DNA of 64,000 nucleotides from Neodothiora populina (taxonomy: Eukaryota). The stretch spans positions 1,364,001-1,428,000 of the forward strand of contig NW_027191417.1 of the NCBI RefSeq assembly GCF_041146345.1, given 5' to 3'. The position numbers were made by a program, and so were the translations under genes. Position 1 is the stretch's first letter. Each line of letters starts with the position of its first letter. Below, piece after piece: positions 11,501 through 27,908 of this stretch. The notes under the pieces are model-generated. The model saw nothing but the letters and a program-made list of their open reading frames with translations. It was not told the DNA's origin and made no database searches.

Positions 11501-14500
11501 TGGTGGAGACTCCATGCACTGGCTAGCGGAAGCCATATTTTCACGCAAAGTAGACCTCAGCGCTGATTGCCTTTGTTATGATCTTCATCACTGTCAATCA
11601 TACAGCACCCAGAACCTAGTTCACGGACCGATGAGCAGTGTACCGTTCAACCGCAAACACTCGTGGCGAGTTGTTCCTCAGCGGTCCTGCGGAAGACTCG
11701 CTCTTCCTCCACAATGACCACTGTCGCCTCGAGACGGGGAGTGACAGTCACTTTTCCGTTATAGTGTATCAGAGGTCTACCAGATGTGGTCGAGGCCTCT
11801 CATAGTCTGGTGGATACCTTGAGGCAACACGGTATCCAAGAGATCAAGCCAGTACTCAAGATCAAGGGCGATTGCAAGTAAGTTGGTTTTAGGTTCTTTG
11901 AGGTCGATCGAATGCTGGAACCAGATGGGCCCTTTCGCCTTGTCTTCGCAAACGCGAATAGCAGGACGTGAATGTCATTCTTAGATAGGCCGGTACCTTT
12001 GCCGACATGTTGAGCATTACTGGTCTCCGTTCGGACTCGGTCCTGTTCCCGCATACGCTTCGTACGGGTCAACGTGTACGATGGCCGAGGAAGGTCGAAG
12101 CGAGGCTTCGAGATTTGCTTGGCGTTCATTGGCTCATGAGCTCGCAATTGTGGCTCTGTCAAAAATTGATAGTGGCCACAACCCATCGCGTATAACTACA
12201 GGCCGCCGAGAACGAAGCATACTGTTCACTCTATACCAACTTAAGGCAGGTGATCAGCTGACGAGTGCCTGACAAACGGCCACTTGAGATACGCAAGCTA
12301 AGGTAGTGCCACTCTGCATCTGCATCTAGGCTCCATGCTCGTCACAATTGTGCCTCAATCTGATTTCCTGTTGGTAACAATAGTGTCCCCCAAAGAGAAG
12401 CCGGGATTCGGTATTTGAAGCCAAGGTTCGGATGGGTAACCATTGACAGGTCAAGAATGCTGTCTAGGACGCGAGTCCCCGATAGAGCGCCGACACCCCG
12501 ATAATATATTGTTATCGGCACCGAGTCATGTCTCGTTGTGCAAGCGAACCTGGAACATGTATTGTGTATGATGCTAACGCCAAAGACGAAAGCCGAGTCA
12601 CCGCCAGAATGTCCTGCTGAACGAAAGGATCCATAGCGCAATTACCTAGCCTTCTTAGCCAGAACAGAGATTCGGTCAAGCGGAGTTTTATCAAAGGAAC
12701 TCTCGCGTTGGGGAGAACAACAGCAATCAGAGCATGGCTTGTATTGAATGACGCGGATAGGTCGGCAGTAATTACTGATTTTCTACAGTAAGGTGCGAGG
12801 TGGCTACGCTTGCCTGGATGATGGTTAGCTGTGCTTCCTGTTGATCGACAAGTCTGCTCAAAGTTTGTATACAACTGTTGACTGCCAAATCATCACTTAC
12901 AAATAGAGTGTCGTATTTGCAATTCATCACATATCTGGCCTTTGCCAACATGTCTATATTAGCGCTACAGTGTCAGGCATACCGTACATGTCTTTGGCTG
13001 GGCTCATCGAGACAGCAGATGGCATACCCAGATCTGCCAGACTAGCAAGCGGCCTGCCAAAATATGGGTAACCGACTTGTCCCATTTCGAAGATCGAAGA
13101 ACTGGCAGTGATGGGTATTCGTAGGATGTATCCTTCACATCTGCATCCCCGGCCCCATCGTACCAAAGCTACAAAGTGACCTGCCTATGCATCTGTGCAT
13201 CCAGATACTTGTGCAGGTCAGGAACGAGATGATCAGCGACTAGGCGTCCAGGTCACAAGAATTAGATTGCGGTATTTCCTGAATAGCTCATGTGGATAGC
13301 GGGCTTTTGACAAGACGGACTAAATAGTGATTTGTAGTGTCTCCACCTTTCCTAATGGGCCGCAGCTGTGGAGTGGAATCCTGATAGGGCTACATGAATA
13401 GAGGCTAAATACAAAAGTCATTCCGCGCAGCCACATCTGGCCTGTGCAATCGGCCCCGTCGATGTGCAGTAACAAAGCCGTTGCACTGGTGTAAGCCATC
13501 TCTCAAGCGCGGGTAACATCCAGCGAGGACCGGTTCGACCAACGCATGGTTTCGGAAACGAGAAGGTTGCGCAACGAGTTTTGTAACGACTCAGACGTCT
13601 AGCTCACGCTGTAGCTTGAATTGCCCACATGACTGCAAGTATACAAGCAGTACAATACTAGAGACATGGTCTTCACACGGAACCAACCACCATAGCGTGT
13701 TCTACTGCCTGGACGCAGCGCTTGCGTGGGTTGCCGCGCTGTACATGTAGAGTACGTATAGCTCAGGTACTTTGCTTAGATCAAGTCGGAGCGCACACCG
13801 AATCTAATACCGCATCAAGCTTGCTCGTTGTGGAAATACCGACCGATCGCTAAACTTCAGGGCGCACTTTGTGGTGAATCACGCGATTGTCCTAGTGAAT
13901 AGATGACCACACCCTCTTCGTGCCTGTATAGCACAAGTATGAGTAGACGACTCTTCGTTTCATATTTTGAGACCACCATAACTCAGATACATAACAGCGT
14001 TTTGTGAAATTGTAATAATGCTACGATGGATATTGTCTCAAGGCTTTATTCTGCTACAGCAAACACATGCCGACGGATGGTAATGAACAGTCTGAATCCG
14101 AGAGCCCTTTCGATTGTAATGCAGACTGCCTACTCTCAACGTTCTTAGACAATTGGTCTTTCTTGGTCGGCACTGCTAAGCACATGTCGCTTCTTCACAT
14201 GTCGTCAGAGATGCTAGTGTGCACGATGATACGATGTGAGACTGCTCTGGCCGAAGCGAAGGAAACACGCAATTGACTATTGCACCTGTTGACTGAAGGA
14301 TAGTCCCTTGTCGATGGTTAGGCGAATAGGCGATCGTGCATGCAGGTTCTCGGGTATATGGCGATCATCTCGGTGGTGGCTACAGCGGGCTGCAGTCGAG
14401 ACTCATCGTCCAATGATGTGACAGAACACATCGCTTCAGATGTTCAGATACACTTTTGTTTTTGTAGTAGGTCACTGACGGTCCGAGACTTCTCCAGCGG

Positions 14501-16231
14501 CCGCGGCGAAATGATTTAATTGTGCGAAGATTCGCAGGACAAGAAAGGTCATTGATATACACTTCAAATAGTGATCGGGGAAGAGACGGTTCTGCTTTCG
14601 CCGTTTCCAACTACCTGGTTAGCCCTGTGGGGACTAAGGGAGACCAATGCGCTTCTCTTCAAGTCACAGCTGCTCCATTGCTGCACGCCATCCATCAGCC
14701 TTTCGTCGTCCCTGGCTTTTCCGCCCTGCCGCTTGACAGACGTTGGCGTCACTAGCCCCTAATGCTGCACGCTGCAACTGTGCACGGTGAACTGTGGCAA
14801 TGCATGAGATCGCAAAGCTCCTGCTGGAGACTGTTTCGTTGCACGGTCCCAGACCCTATCCCTGCCTTTTTCAGAGTATGCCTAAGATCTCAATGACATA
14901 TTTGAGATTAACTCTGTCTGTCCGACTTTGGTACTTACTCCACAAGATACGCCGCGTGTCGAGGACTATGGCAAAACCGACAAGGCTCAAACAAGACTGT
15001 TGGTTAGTGTGGGCTGCAACTTGCTTCCTGGTCGGCGAACCAAAGCATATATGTGTTTGCAGAGTCATTGATCCGTGGATGCAAGATGAGCAGATTTAAT
15101 ATGGGTGGGGCTGATATGCAGTGCAATGTTTACAGGTGATATATGGCGAGGAGAGGTAGATGATATTTTGATGAGCATGGTACCAAGCGTTATGTACCGC
15201 CATAGGCTTCCGTCAGTCAAAGTCTAGTCATGGATATCTTCTTCGCAATGTGGTTTATCCAGGAATCACGTCCACCAAACCTGGCCTACTAATGCAAGTC
15301 GACCGAAGAAGCAGATAGAGATGCAACAAGCGTCACATTGTATGGATGCGATAGACACAGATGATCAGCAACCTTGAAGGATGCCGCAGTAATCCTTTAA
15401 CCATATCGTGAAAGCCAATGCACTGACGCGCCCCCGCGAGGTCACTTGGGAAGACTAAGAGGAATAGCACGTCCTTTTCGGGTGGGATCTCCTGACGGCC
15501 GGATGCACGAGGGCTGGTCCGATCCGCCTCTTGCAGTGGCCATCAATGCTCAAGCAAGGTACGCAGTACCCAAGGTACCTCTGGCAGACGATGATTTGTC
15601 CACGCGCAGGAAGGAGCATTAGCCATGCTACCATGTGGACGGTACGGCTACTTATCAAATCGCCCAATTGGGTCGCTGGTCGTGCAAAGGTCGCCCTGGA
15701 GTCTGCCAAAAGTCTCTTTTAACGATGTCCAAGCCGTACACCAAGCCACGCCAGACGGCATCTGATTGGATGTGCACCGAGCAAAGGTACGGAAGGGGAA
15801 AGAGAGCGTGCTGAGGGGCTGGCCCACACAGTCGAGTCCGAGCCATAGACCAATCGCGGCAGGTGGTATCAGATGCGCACTGTACCATCTGCGCACTTGG
15901 GAAGCCTATTGGCATTTCGGGCGTACAGTAGTTGCATGCCTATTGCAAGGCGGCCTGGTGATGGTCGACAGGGGGGTACCTTACGCTCAGATCAGTTCGC
16001 AGCACAGCATATATGGGGCAGCGACAAGTATGATGATGTTTGAAATGCCATTGCTTTTATCGGTGTTGGATCTCCATAACTACAGATCAGAGAGCCATTC
16101 GTTTTTCTAGATTATCACTTCGAGACAAACCCCTCCCCCTACTCTCGAGACACTTTGTACACCGTACTTCTCTCATCATAACACTCCCACACCGTGTGAA
16201 CGATACCCAAGGGCCATAGCTGTGTCCATTG

Positions 16232-16262
16232 AATCACATAATCACATAATCACATAATCACA
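16232..16262. repeat. Tandem repeat (AATCACAT), about 3.9 copies
   Basis: Direct reading: aatcacat aatcacat aatcacat aatcaca. Confidence 0.9.
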
Positions 16263-17582
16263 ACCTCTGTAGTTGGGCGCCAGGGGAGATTGTCATTTCG
16301 CGGAGAGCGGCACTTGACAAAGATCGACTTTACCAACGGCCTTTCTACAACGAGATTGCGGTCATAGGGAAAACAGAACATAGCCCGACTAGCACTGCCA
16401 CAATCGTCAATAACCATCGCTGCTGCACCCTCAGTGTGTTGTGCATAACGAGGGGTACAGCAACTGGCAGGTCTCGGTATGTGCTCAGGTGTACTCGAAG
16501 TAGTGATGGTCACCACGTGAAAGACTGACATCAGCGAATAGAGATTAGTAACAATCCAAGGCACAGCATAATTTCCAGGGCCACTGCAACGACCGAAGTT
16601 CGAGAAGGAATTCGGCATCGATATAGTAGGCACTAGGGTCACTGTACCTTACCGCGTCGCATATTACGAGGGAAGGGCTACATCATCGTGTCATCACATC
16701 AGCGGCGACGCACAACCCCTCCCGGACGAACGAGATTACGGGACAGGTCCTCCAATCAGCAACAGGAGGTAAACTCGGAATCAAAAGCAGCCGGGGACTG
16801 ACTCCTGACGAAGCCGAGAGACAGTCGAGCACAAAATACAGTGGCTTTGTGAGGAAAGAGGCTATTCTCCAAAACACAAGAGCGTTGCAACAAAGAAAGA
16901 TCTCGGGCGGTCACGGACACTTGTCGGTGTGATACGTCGTCGTCGTCGTGGTTGTTGTCACCGATAACTTGCAACAGAAAGTGCACAAGTGCAATAGGAA
17001 ATCGCGCAGAAGCAGGAGCAAAAGCCACGGAAGACAGGCAGTATCGTGGGGTTCGGACGATCTATACTGTGCAGGACTGTGCAGGCACAGGTAGCAATCC
17101 ACTACAGATTGACTTGGACCTGCTACAAAAGCAAGGCACAGGAAGCGGTGTGGACAAGGAGAAGAAGCCGGTAATTAACCACTGGCAGCGATCAGCGAGT
17201 AGAAGAAAAGGGCATACTCGTCTGATCGGAAGAAGAAGGTTTCCAGAAGGCATCCTGAAACGGTGGACCCGACTTGAATCAACCAGAGAGGTTTGGTGCA
17301 CAGCAAATTGGAGAGTGCCGACCCAAGAATAGAGTGTTTTGTGCCGAAAGCGCAGTGGTTGAGCCACATCAGCGAACGCGCTAGCCAGAGCGCCAAGGAC
17401 ATCTTGGCAAAAAGCGGTGACCCTCCTGAGGCTCCTGCAATCTCTTCAGCCAGCGCCTTCCGTCCTCTCCAAACAGCAAAAGAGAGAGACAGCATCAAAT
17501 CACTCTCTCTATTTGATTCCTGTCTTTTTTTCTTTGTGTCATTAACGCGGAGGATTCTATTGTCACGGTCAGAACCACCAAG

Positions 17583-18061
17583 GTACGTACGAGTCTATGC
17601 GTATACCGCTGCTGCAGAGTTGCCACCCGCGACGAGAGTTGCAACAATCCATCTTTCCCCCTCCCCTCCATCATCCACACCCATCCATCACGCGTCCGCA
17701 CGGCTCTCATTGCAACCTTCGACCCTTTTCCCAAGTCCAACGACGCGCTTCGACCGACCAACTGCGGGCACAGGGCGATGGCGTCGACAGGGAAGGAACC
17801 AAGTGTATACCAAATCTGTACATTTGCATCTGCCCACAATCATCATCGCCTACAATAATCATCTTCACATCTTTTCTTATCGTCATCACCATCACCACCG
17901 TCATTGCTGCGACATATACAACAGTCACATGTACAATCATTCGCTTTCGCTTTTCTTTTCCCATCATGATACCACCATCTCCGAACACCACCGGACATTT
18001 CTCGCCATTCTACCTTACTCGTCTTGAGAGCCATGACTGACGTGACTTTTTCTCTCTACAG
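17583..18061 (+). other. Putative long (479 nt) 5'-UTR intron of the C2H2 transcription factor
   Basis: Donor AAG|GTACGT at 17583, branch CTGAC at 18037, then a pyrimidine tract and TACAG acceptor at 18061 followed by a second CAG. Confidence 0.5.
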
Positions 18062-18439
18062 CAGAAAACACTCTCAGCATCCTCATCCGCGTCTTCCTCC
18101 TTTTACGCGTCACCACACTCAATCTCCACGCTCTCGCCTTCCTTTACGCCTCTTCTCCCATTCATCAGAACCCGTTTTGAACTCCTTGTGCCTGACACCC
18201 AAGAAAAACACGCGTTATCTGGGTCAGCAAGAGTCTAGGGACGGTGAATAAATCTGCCTCTTCAGTCAGTAGTATCGTACCAGCCGCGTGCCGGAGCCTT
18301 TTCATTGTGCAGTGGTAGGGAGGTTGCGCGTCAAGCACACCAACCCCCACACGTACACGCACCACGGATGTTGCTTCCTCGAATCGATTCGTTGTTGTGG
18401 CCCAGCACGAGGAGGGACAGCGCCGGCGCAGTTGGCAAA

Positions 18440-20073
<1,634 letters not shown>

Positions 20074-21538
20074 CTGACCGCCAAGGCCACGTACTAGGTC
20101 GGATCTTGTAACTTAAGAACACGCTGGAGGAGATTCATAAAAAGAAAAGACGTGGCGTTGAGCCTTTGAAAGAGACAAGGATCACGAGATGTTCACAGCC
20201 ATTGAAGGCGCACGGGTGTTGATTTGTTTCTTTGCTGGACACATTAGCAAGGGGTTTCGCGAACATACGCAGGCGTTTCAGCCGACTGGCTGCTCGGTGT
20301 CAAGTAGTAGTATCTCTTCATGGGCAAAAGGAGTTTTCGGTACGGCGAAGCGGCGACAAATGGGGAGGATTGGAAGGGAACGGTGTTTTTGCTCTTTGGC
20401 TCTTTTGTTTTGTGATTTTGCGTGCATGGCGGCGGCGAGGCTTTTTCGAGATTTTGTGGAGTGAGAAGGAAACACAGTGATGGCGAAGCTTGCTGGAGGA
20501 GTAATAAGGTAATGACTTGATGTCTCCTGTAACTATATCATAGACTGTGCGATTATGCGAGCAGATGGCCGCCATGCTCCTCATGCCTTAGCTATTACCT
20601 CAACAAGCAATACCAAATCTTCGGTCAATGAGGCGAATGTTTCGACAAATCACTGGGTAACACATGAATTGCGAAGGGAAGCAATCAAAAGTGAAAGTCT
20701 AATGTTATAAGAGCGGAATGGAGCGGATTTCTTGTATGGCACGCAGCGGAGATAGAAGGACTTTTGACATTTTTTTCCTGGGGCGCCGCATACAACAATG
20801 ACGAAACAGAGACATGTAGTCAGGTACAGGCAGCGTTTAGGTATCCAGTGACCCTTACTGCATGTCAAGAACAATCTACGGTACACGTTCTGCAGGGACA
20901 AGAAGCATGTAGGACAAGAAGTACCGCAGTCAGGTCTGAGCGAAGGTTGCCGTGCTGGGCCTCAATCCACAGTCGGCCGTCCCCTTGTCCCAGGTGTGGC
21001 TCCGCGCTCTCCTTTTGACAGTGACGGAAAGCCACATGCACGAGGGAACGAACGGACGTGCGCAGGAAGTTGCCAAGCTGTAATGACGATGAGCCGCTGA
21101 TGCCAGAGACCACCCACAAGATCCACGACCGCATTCCTTGAGGTTACCTGCCTTCTTCTCACTCACCGAACTCTGTCCTCACAAGTCATTCGAAGCGCAA
21201 TCCCACCGAGTTGTTCGAGAGAACGAAGCCAGTCATATTTCAAATCTAGCAAGCACCTGCCTGGCATTCGCAATTGTGACAAAGACTCCGAGGACCGTCA
21301 CACAGCGCCAAGAGCACAAGGTATCCGCGCCTGCCTCCCCGAACGCCTGATCGCTACGTACCTGCCCCGTCACCCGTAGTCACACTTTCCACTTCCACGC
21401 ACTTTCCTGTCCGAAGACTCCGATTTGGACTCAGTGGCAAACCTCGCAGCATCTATCCGAGCATCTTCATCTCATTCCTCGCGTTCCGCAACTAAGCCGA
21501 TCTCAACAGGCGCACTCCTTTAGAAACACAGAGCCATC

Positions 21539-22579
21539 ATGTCGGGGGTTTTGAGAAGCGTCAAGAATGTCACCAAAGGCTACTCTTCAGTACAGGTGAA
21601 AGTCAGAAATGGTATGTATCAGCGTAAACTCACCTGCAGTGGTCAATGGAAGAGACAGACATTAATGCGTGTGTCAAACAGCGACGAGTAACGACCCCTG
21701 GGGGCCGACCGGCACGGACATGGCCGAGATTGCCAAAATCACCTTCAATAGGTATCGCATACGAGCAGACATGTGTGGCGGACTTTCAGAAGGGTGCGGC
21801 TAATGCAGTCGCAGCTCGAGCGACTTCTACGAGGTCATGGACATGCTCGACAAGCGTCTCAACGACAAGGGCAAGAACTGGCGCCACGTGCTGAAGTCGC
21901 TCAAAGTGCTCGACTACTGTCTCCACGAAGGCTCCGAACTCGTGGTCACTTGGGCGAGGAAGAACATCTACATCATCAGGACACTGCGCGAGTTCATCTA
22001 CTTGGACGAAGAGGGGCGCGATGTTGGTCAGAACAGTACGTAGCCGCGCGCCGATTCCTTGGCTCATCCTGCGCTGGTCGCAACCCTCAAGTCGCACAAG
22101 CTGACCAGATCCCAGTTCGTGTTTCGGCGAAAGAATTGACCAGTCTCATCATGGACGAAGAACGCCTGCGCAACGAACGCCAGAACCGCCACTCATGGAA
22201 ATCTCGAGTGACCGGACTCGAGGACATGCAAGGCATGGACAACTTCAGTGGCGGTAGTCACGCGACGACGCCACGACGTGAGCGACAACGCAGGAACGAC
22301 GATGACGACCTGGAGTACAGACTGGCATTGGAGGCCAGCAAGAACGAGGCCGAGGAGGATGCGAGAAGACGCGCTCATAAGACGCACGTGACAACGGAAA
22401 CGGACGACGATTTGGCCAAGGCCTTGAAGCTGAGCAAAGAAGAGGAAGAGCTGCGAAAGAGAGAACTCGAGGAGGCGAACGCCAGCTCGTTGTTTGATGA
22501 TCTGCCCACCCAGCCGACCGGAATCAACCAAGGCTACCAGCAGCAGCCAGCCGTTGATTGGTTTGGCAACCCTGTTGAG

Positions 22580-22610
<31 letters not shown>

Positions 22611-23470
22611 CCCAGAGCACTGGCTACCTGAACAATGCTTACAACCAGCAGCCTGTGGTGGCCCAGCCCACCGGTTACCAGAACGGTTATGGCTACGGCG
22701 CATTCCAGCAGCCTCAGCAGACCGGTTTTGACCAGATGTTCCAGCAACAGCAGCAGCCTCAGCAGCAGTTCTTACAGCCGCAGCAGACCGCGTACAATCC
22801 CTGGGCTTCTCAGATGAATGGCTTCGATCAGAACCAGCAGCAATTGCAGCCCCAGGCTACAGCCGCCGGATCCAACAACCCCTGGGCCAGCGCGTCTCCT
22901 CAGCCTGCCCAGAACTCCATTCAGGCACAGCCCACCGGCTCGAACAACCCCTTCGCCTCTTCTTTCAGCCGTCCCCAAACGCAGACCCACCGCGCTCCTA
23001 CACTATCAACGCTACAAGAGCAGAAGACCGCGACGCAAGTCAACCAGCCCTCATACAACCCCATCACTTCCTTCCAGGCCCCACAACAAGCACCGGCGCA
23101 GCGACCCGTACACACTGCCCAGGAGCTCGATCCCCATCGCGCCCAGCTCAGCGCTCTTCTGGCTGCCGGCGAGGGTCAAGACACCTTTGGCAACGTCGGA
23201 AACCTGCGCATACCCGCGCAGCACACAGCTCCTGGCACCTTTGTCAACAGTGCAGGTGCCGGAAGTATGGGCCAACTCGAGGCGTCTCGCACGGGCAACA
23301 ACCCCTTCCTCCACCAACAATACACCGGCATGCCGCAACAGCAGTTCCCCGCTCAGACGGGACCCGCCGGCGCCTTTGGATCGTCCAATCCGTTCGGAGG
23401 CCAGAGACAGCAGCCGCAGCAACAACAATACCAACAGGGGGGTCAAAATGGCAGTCTCATCGACCTGTGA
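21539..23470 (+). CDS. ENT1: Epsin (Ent1/Ent2 family): ENTH domain, two UIMs, NPF motifs and clathrin box; 4 exons
   Basis: MSGVLRSVKNVTKGYS, ATSNDPWGP and DKGKNWRHVLKSLKVLDYCL. UIMs LALEASKNEAE and KALKLSKEEEE, NPF/NPW repeats, C-terminal SLIDL. Confidence 0.95.
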
Positions 23471-25134
23471 TGACGACGGTTCCCTCATAGACTCGTTCAA
23501 CCGTTCTTGCTTTCTTTCTGTCATTTTCACGGTCAAAACCTCTCGGTTTAACTCCGCCCTCTGTGTCTCGCTTCTTTTCCCCCTTCTTGGCTTTTGTTGT
23601 TTGCTCGGCTGCATTTGCTTTATATATCCACTTCTACAAACCGAAAGCCTTCTTTTATCTTTTACAGACCGTGCGAGTCTCATAATGCAAGTTTTCTTTT
23701 TTAATGGTCTTTATTGTGTCTAGTGCGTCAACCGGTGGTGGTGGTGGTATGGATGGTACATGGGAAGTTCGGCAGAACTTGCTGAAGACAGAGAGATCTA
23801 TGGAACAAAATGAATTCGGCAAATGGAACTGTTTGCTCTAAAGCAATATCAACTTCGACCAGAAAGGTGTTTTCATTTTCCCTTTTTTTCTCTTTGCTTC
23901 TCTTGATTATTGAAAACCAGAACCAGTGACGATCGGAGGATATATCTATTTCAGCTCATTTACAACTCCTACGTAGGGATCAGAGAGACGGACAGACAGA
24001 CAAATTATTGTATAAATCTTGATTTCTATAATCTGTTCCACTTTCTCTGCTTTTTGTTTCTTGTCGCCATTCACATGGTGTATGCCCTGAATATATGCCG
24101 TTGGCTGCGTCAAATCAAGATCCAGAAATAAACGCCTCTGTGGACTAGAAAATGCAGTCGACGCTATGCATCCCCTAACCAGCCATCTGGATAAAAGGAA
24201 GTAGGCCCTGCAGGTGTTCAATTAAAAAACACAGAGGCACAGTCACTCAGCATATCATATCGGACAGCGAACAAGTCTCAGCACATGACTTTATCGAGCG
24301 GGTCGACCATGTCGAAAGAAGACCATGCCAATACTCACCCGAACTCACAATTGTCAACCAAGGCACCGCTTTGGACTCTTGGATTGTTAGGATGTTGTTC
24401 TTGGACGGTCAAGGGCTGGGTAGGGTCGTAGACTGGGCTGTGTCGCCTTCATGCTAGGGGCTAGGTGTATCCTTTGACATTTGAAGTAGATAGCGAGACG
24501 GTATATGTTATCGTCTGATAGTAGAGGGCTGAGGATCGAGTTGGACCACTAATGCTCCTGAGGGGCTCTGTACAATGTCTACAGCAGTAAACACTGTAGA
24601 GTTGTAGGGACGTTGATGGACGAAGTGCGTAGGTGAGCATGGAGTTATCTTATCTATGAACTGGATTATATCATATCATATCATATCAGATCGCCAGATC
24701 AGATCACCAGACTCAACAAGACGAATGGATTCTTTCTGCAGAAAGAGCATAGAACATTCACAGCTCAAGGAGAAAAAGGAAAGGAAACGGAGAGTGGAGG
24801 CTGTTGAAGAACTCTCGTGCTTATTCGTGCCATTAAAATTACAACTGTTCCGCTAGATAAACCCTTATTTCATGGATCGTGCATGACACACATACTCTGA
24901 ACTCGTAAATGCGAAGTGACAAATGACCCCGTGTCTTGCGTAGCTAGTCCTTGAAAGCGCGAGGAGTGAAATAAAAATAGAAATTAGTGCGAACACTGCC
25001 ATTCCTGGTATATTTGATCATCTTGGCTTTTCGTTCTGTTCGTTCGTTTTTTTTTGTCTTTTTTTGTCTTTTTTTTTGTCTCTTCTGATTTTGTGTTCTA
25101 GGACGGAGAAGATAACAGCGAAGAAGGAGAAAGA

Positions 25135-27053
25135 CTATATCAAACCCTTCTCTCTCTGCTTCATCTTCTTGACATCAATGTCCCTCCAGAACATCGTCGA
25201 CACAAGCGTGATGCTGTACAGGCAAGTGGCGGTGATGAGCATGAGTCTCTGGGTCTGGCCATAAGACAGGTTGATGGCATCTCTGGTGGGGGATCCCATA
25301 GGATAGCTGGACTGCACCGTGATGTCCCCGTAGATGGAGTCGAGATCAGCGAGGCTATCGGCAGGCAAGTTCTGGGCGAGCTTGACGGGGAAAATGGAGG
25401 TCCACATTGCGCCGGCGATGGCGAGACCGATGGAGGATCCAATGGATGCGACGACGGCCTCGCAGGCCAAGACGGCGGAGACGGCGTTGTGTGCGCACAC
25501 GGCCATGACGGTGATCTGCTCGCAGATGACGAGGGTGCCGCCGCCGAAAGCGATGAAGATTTGGGTCATGACGATGAAGCCGATGTTGACGTCGGGCTGG
25601 CGGAACTTGATCATGAGGCCCACACCAAGGATGGTCACGGGAACACCGAAGAAGAGGGCGTAGTGCTTGACTCTGCCGTAGTAGCGCATCATGACGCCAA
25701 GGAGAAGAGTCCAGGCGCACGAGCCGATGGTGTAGATGTTGCCGATATAGGTTGCGTTGGTGACGGACTCATCGAAGAGGACGATCAGGAGCGAATAGAA
25801 GTATGAGTTCCAGATGTACCATGCGGTGTAAAGACTGCCTGCCATGACATATGTGAAGATGACGGTGCGGTCCTTGAGAAGGTACCAGGGGACAAAGGTG
25901 GTAGGGGCGAAGCGCTCCCAGACGGCGAAAGCCACAGTCAGGAGGATACCGAAGACGATGAAGCAGATGATCATGGGCGATTTCCAGCCCTCAGCCTGGT
26001 AGGTGTAGATGGAGAAACTCAGAAGGAAAAGTGAGAGACCGGTGCTGAGGAGCAGTAGACCGATGACATCAAATTCCTTGCCGTAGTAGAGGACAGTCTG
26101 GAGGAAGTCGCCTCGGCTGGGGCGCTTGGGGATGAGTCCCATCTTATCGGCTTTCAGGTGGTTGAACCAGAAGATGAGGAAGAGAGGCGCGCAGACGACA
26201 GGCATAATGATTGCCCAGATACCGAATCCCCATCTGAAACCGATAGTTGCGAGGATGCGTTCGGCAGCGGGGCCGGATGCCCAAGTCGTTGCGATGTAAG
26301 GAGACGAAACAAATGCAAGGGCGAAGGCTCTGTGACGGAGCTTCGAGGTATCGGCGATAAAGATGGTGAAGGAGAAATCAATGCCGTTCCATCCTACATA
26401 GTAGAAAACCTGGGCTGCTGCGTATGTCTTGACGTTATTGCAGGCCGCCATCATAATGAGACCAAGGGTCATTGAGGCGACCATGCATGCGAAACCCTGT
26501 GGTCTTCCCCAGATATCGAGGATTTTGGCGTAGGGGAGCTTCCAGAGACCAGCAATGAGTGTCGAGATGATGTCGACGACGGGAGTCAGAGAGTGCGATT
26601 CGAATGCACTGGTGACGTAGGGAGTAAGAACACCGACGATACCAGAGGAGAAGGCCATGATGAAGTAGATGATCCAAATGCTTTTTATCATCGTTAGCCA
26701 GGTTCTTGCTCATTTCTTGTCCATCTCGCACTAGGAGCAGATATCCAAGAGACTTACAGGACGTATACAAGGATCAATTCCTTCTTTCCCCAGACATGGG
26801 TCATGGCCTCAACAGCCTGAGTACCATGCTGAGCGGAGGCGTCAATGGAGGCGTCACTGGCCTTCTCGTCGGTCACATCATCAGCATTGACAATGCCAGC
26901 TTCCTTTGATGAGCGCTTCTCTGGGTCACCCGACTCGATGTCAGTGCCCGATGATGTTCGAGAGTTGCCTATCGCATCGACAATTTCGCTGTTTGCCTCC
27001 CTCTCGTCTGTGCCAGCAATGTGCTTGGCTAGTCCACGGAGTCTGAACCTCAT
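25135..27053 (-). CDS. Siderophore-iron transporter (SIT/ARN family MFS, MirB-like); exons 27053-26758, 26680-25135
   Basis: PYVTSAFESHSL, AKILDIWGRPQGF, YAAAQVFY, IADTSKLRHRA and IYGDITVQSSYPMGSPTRDAINLSY; about 14 hydrophobic segments. Confidence 0.9.
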
Positions 27054-27908
27054 GGTGGAAGAAGACCGAACTCCAAGCGAGTTTTGCTAAGAGAGAAGAA
27101 AATGTGAAGAGGAAGAGGAAGAGCTGAGATGCACTTTCTACCTCAGTGAAGTGATATGCAGATGGATAAGATAAGAAAGGAGATCATATTGAACACGGAG
27201 GAAGATTACTTATGTACTATGCATGTATGCAGCGGTCTTGGCTGCAAGGGGACAAAGGTTTCGTGCCCAATCGGAGCATATAGGCTCACTAGACCAATAA
27301 TACATCTGTACCACCTACAGTCAATTATTTTCTGCGGGCCTCGACGCCTCTAGCGGCGCGAAGATCCGCAATCGAGAGTTCCTTCGTTCGAACTCTCAAC
27401 GTCTATCCCTCGGGTTGACGGGATGCCCCTCATCCAGAGTAGTGGGACCCATTAATCTGATCTTTGTGCTCACACGGTCTTCCTCCAAGCTGGAGTCGGT
27501 AAGAGAAGTTTTCGTGGTCACTTGATTGATGTGCTGGAGTTTGTTTGGCCACAGAGAGGTGTATTATCAGGGCACATGTTCAGAATCACTCTGTCGTTAG
27601 TAGCTTCATGCCTCTAGCGACTTCGCCTAGACAGCAAAGTGCGCTCCCAAAAGCGAGCTCGGATCTTTCAGGGAGCTGAGTCGCCACAAGCATGGTCGAC
27701 TTCTCGATACCAAGGCGGGTGCAAACGTGAAAGGGGAGGAAAAGACAGAAATAAAGGCGGTTTCCTGACACAAAGCTCTTGTGACAGGACGCGTTAGGCG
27801 TTAGTGGCTGACTGTAGCAGCGTTGAGACGGGCGAGCAAAGAGGTGAAGATCAGATGAAGTGGAGTCGGACCTTGTATTAGAACAGTTGTCGAACAAGTA
27901 GATTGGTT

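Noticed and set aside
13505..13560. GGTTCGA resembling a tRNA T-loop
   Set aside because: No T-stem pairing or cloverleaf can be built around it.
17293..18040. 244-aa and 147-aa ORFs upstream of the C2H2 gene
   Set aside because: Non-ATG or low-complexity translations of pyrimidine- and CAT-rich leader sequence; better explained as UTR or intron.
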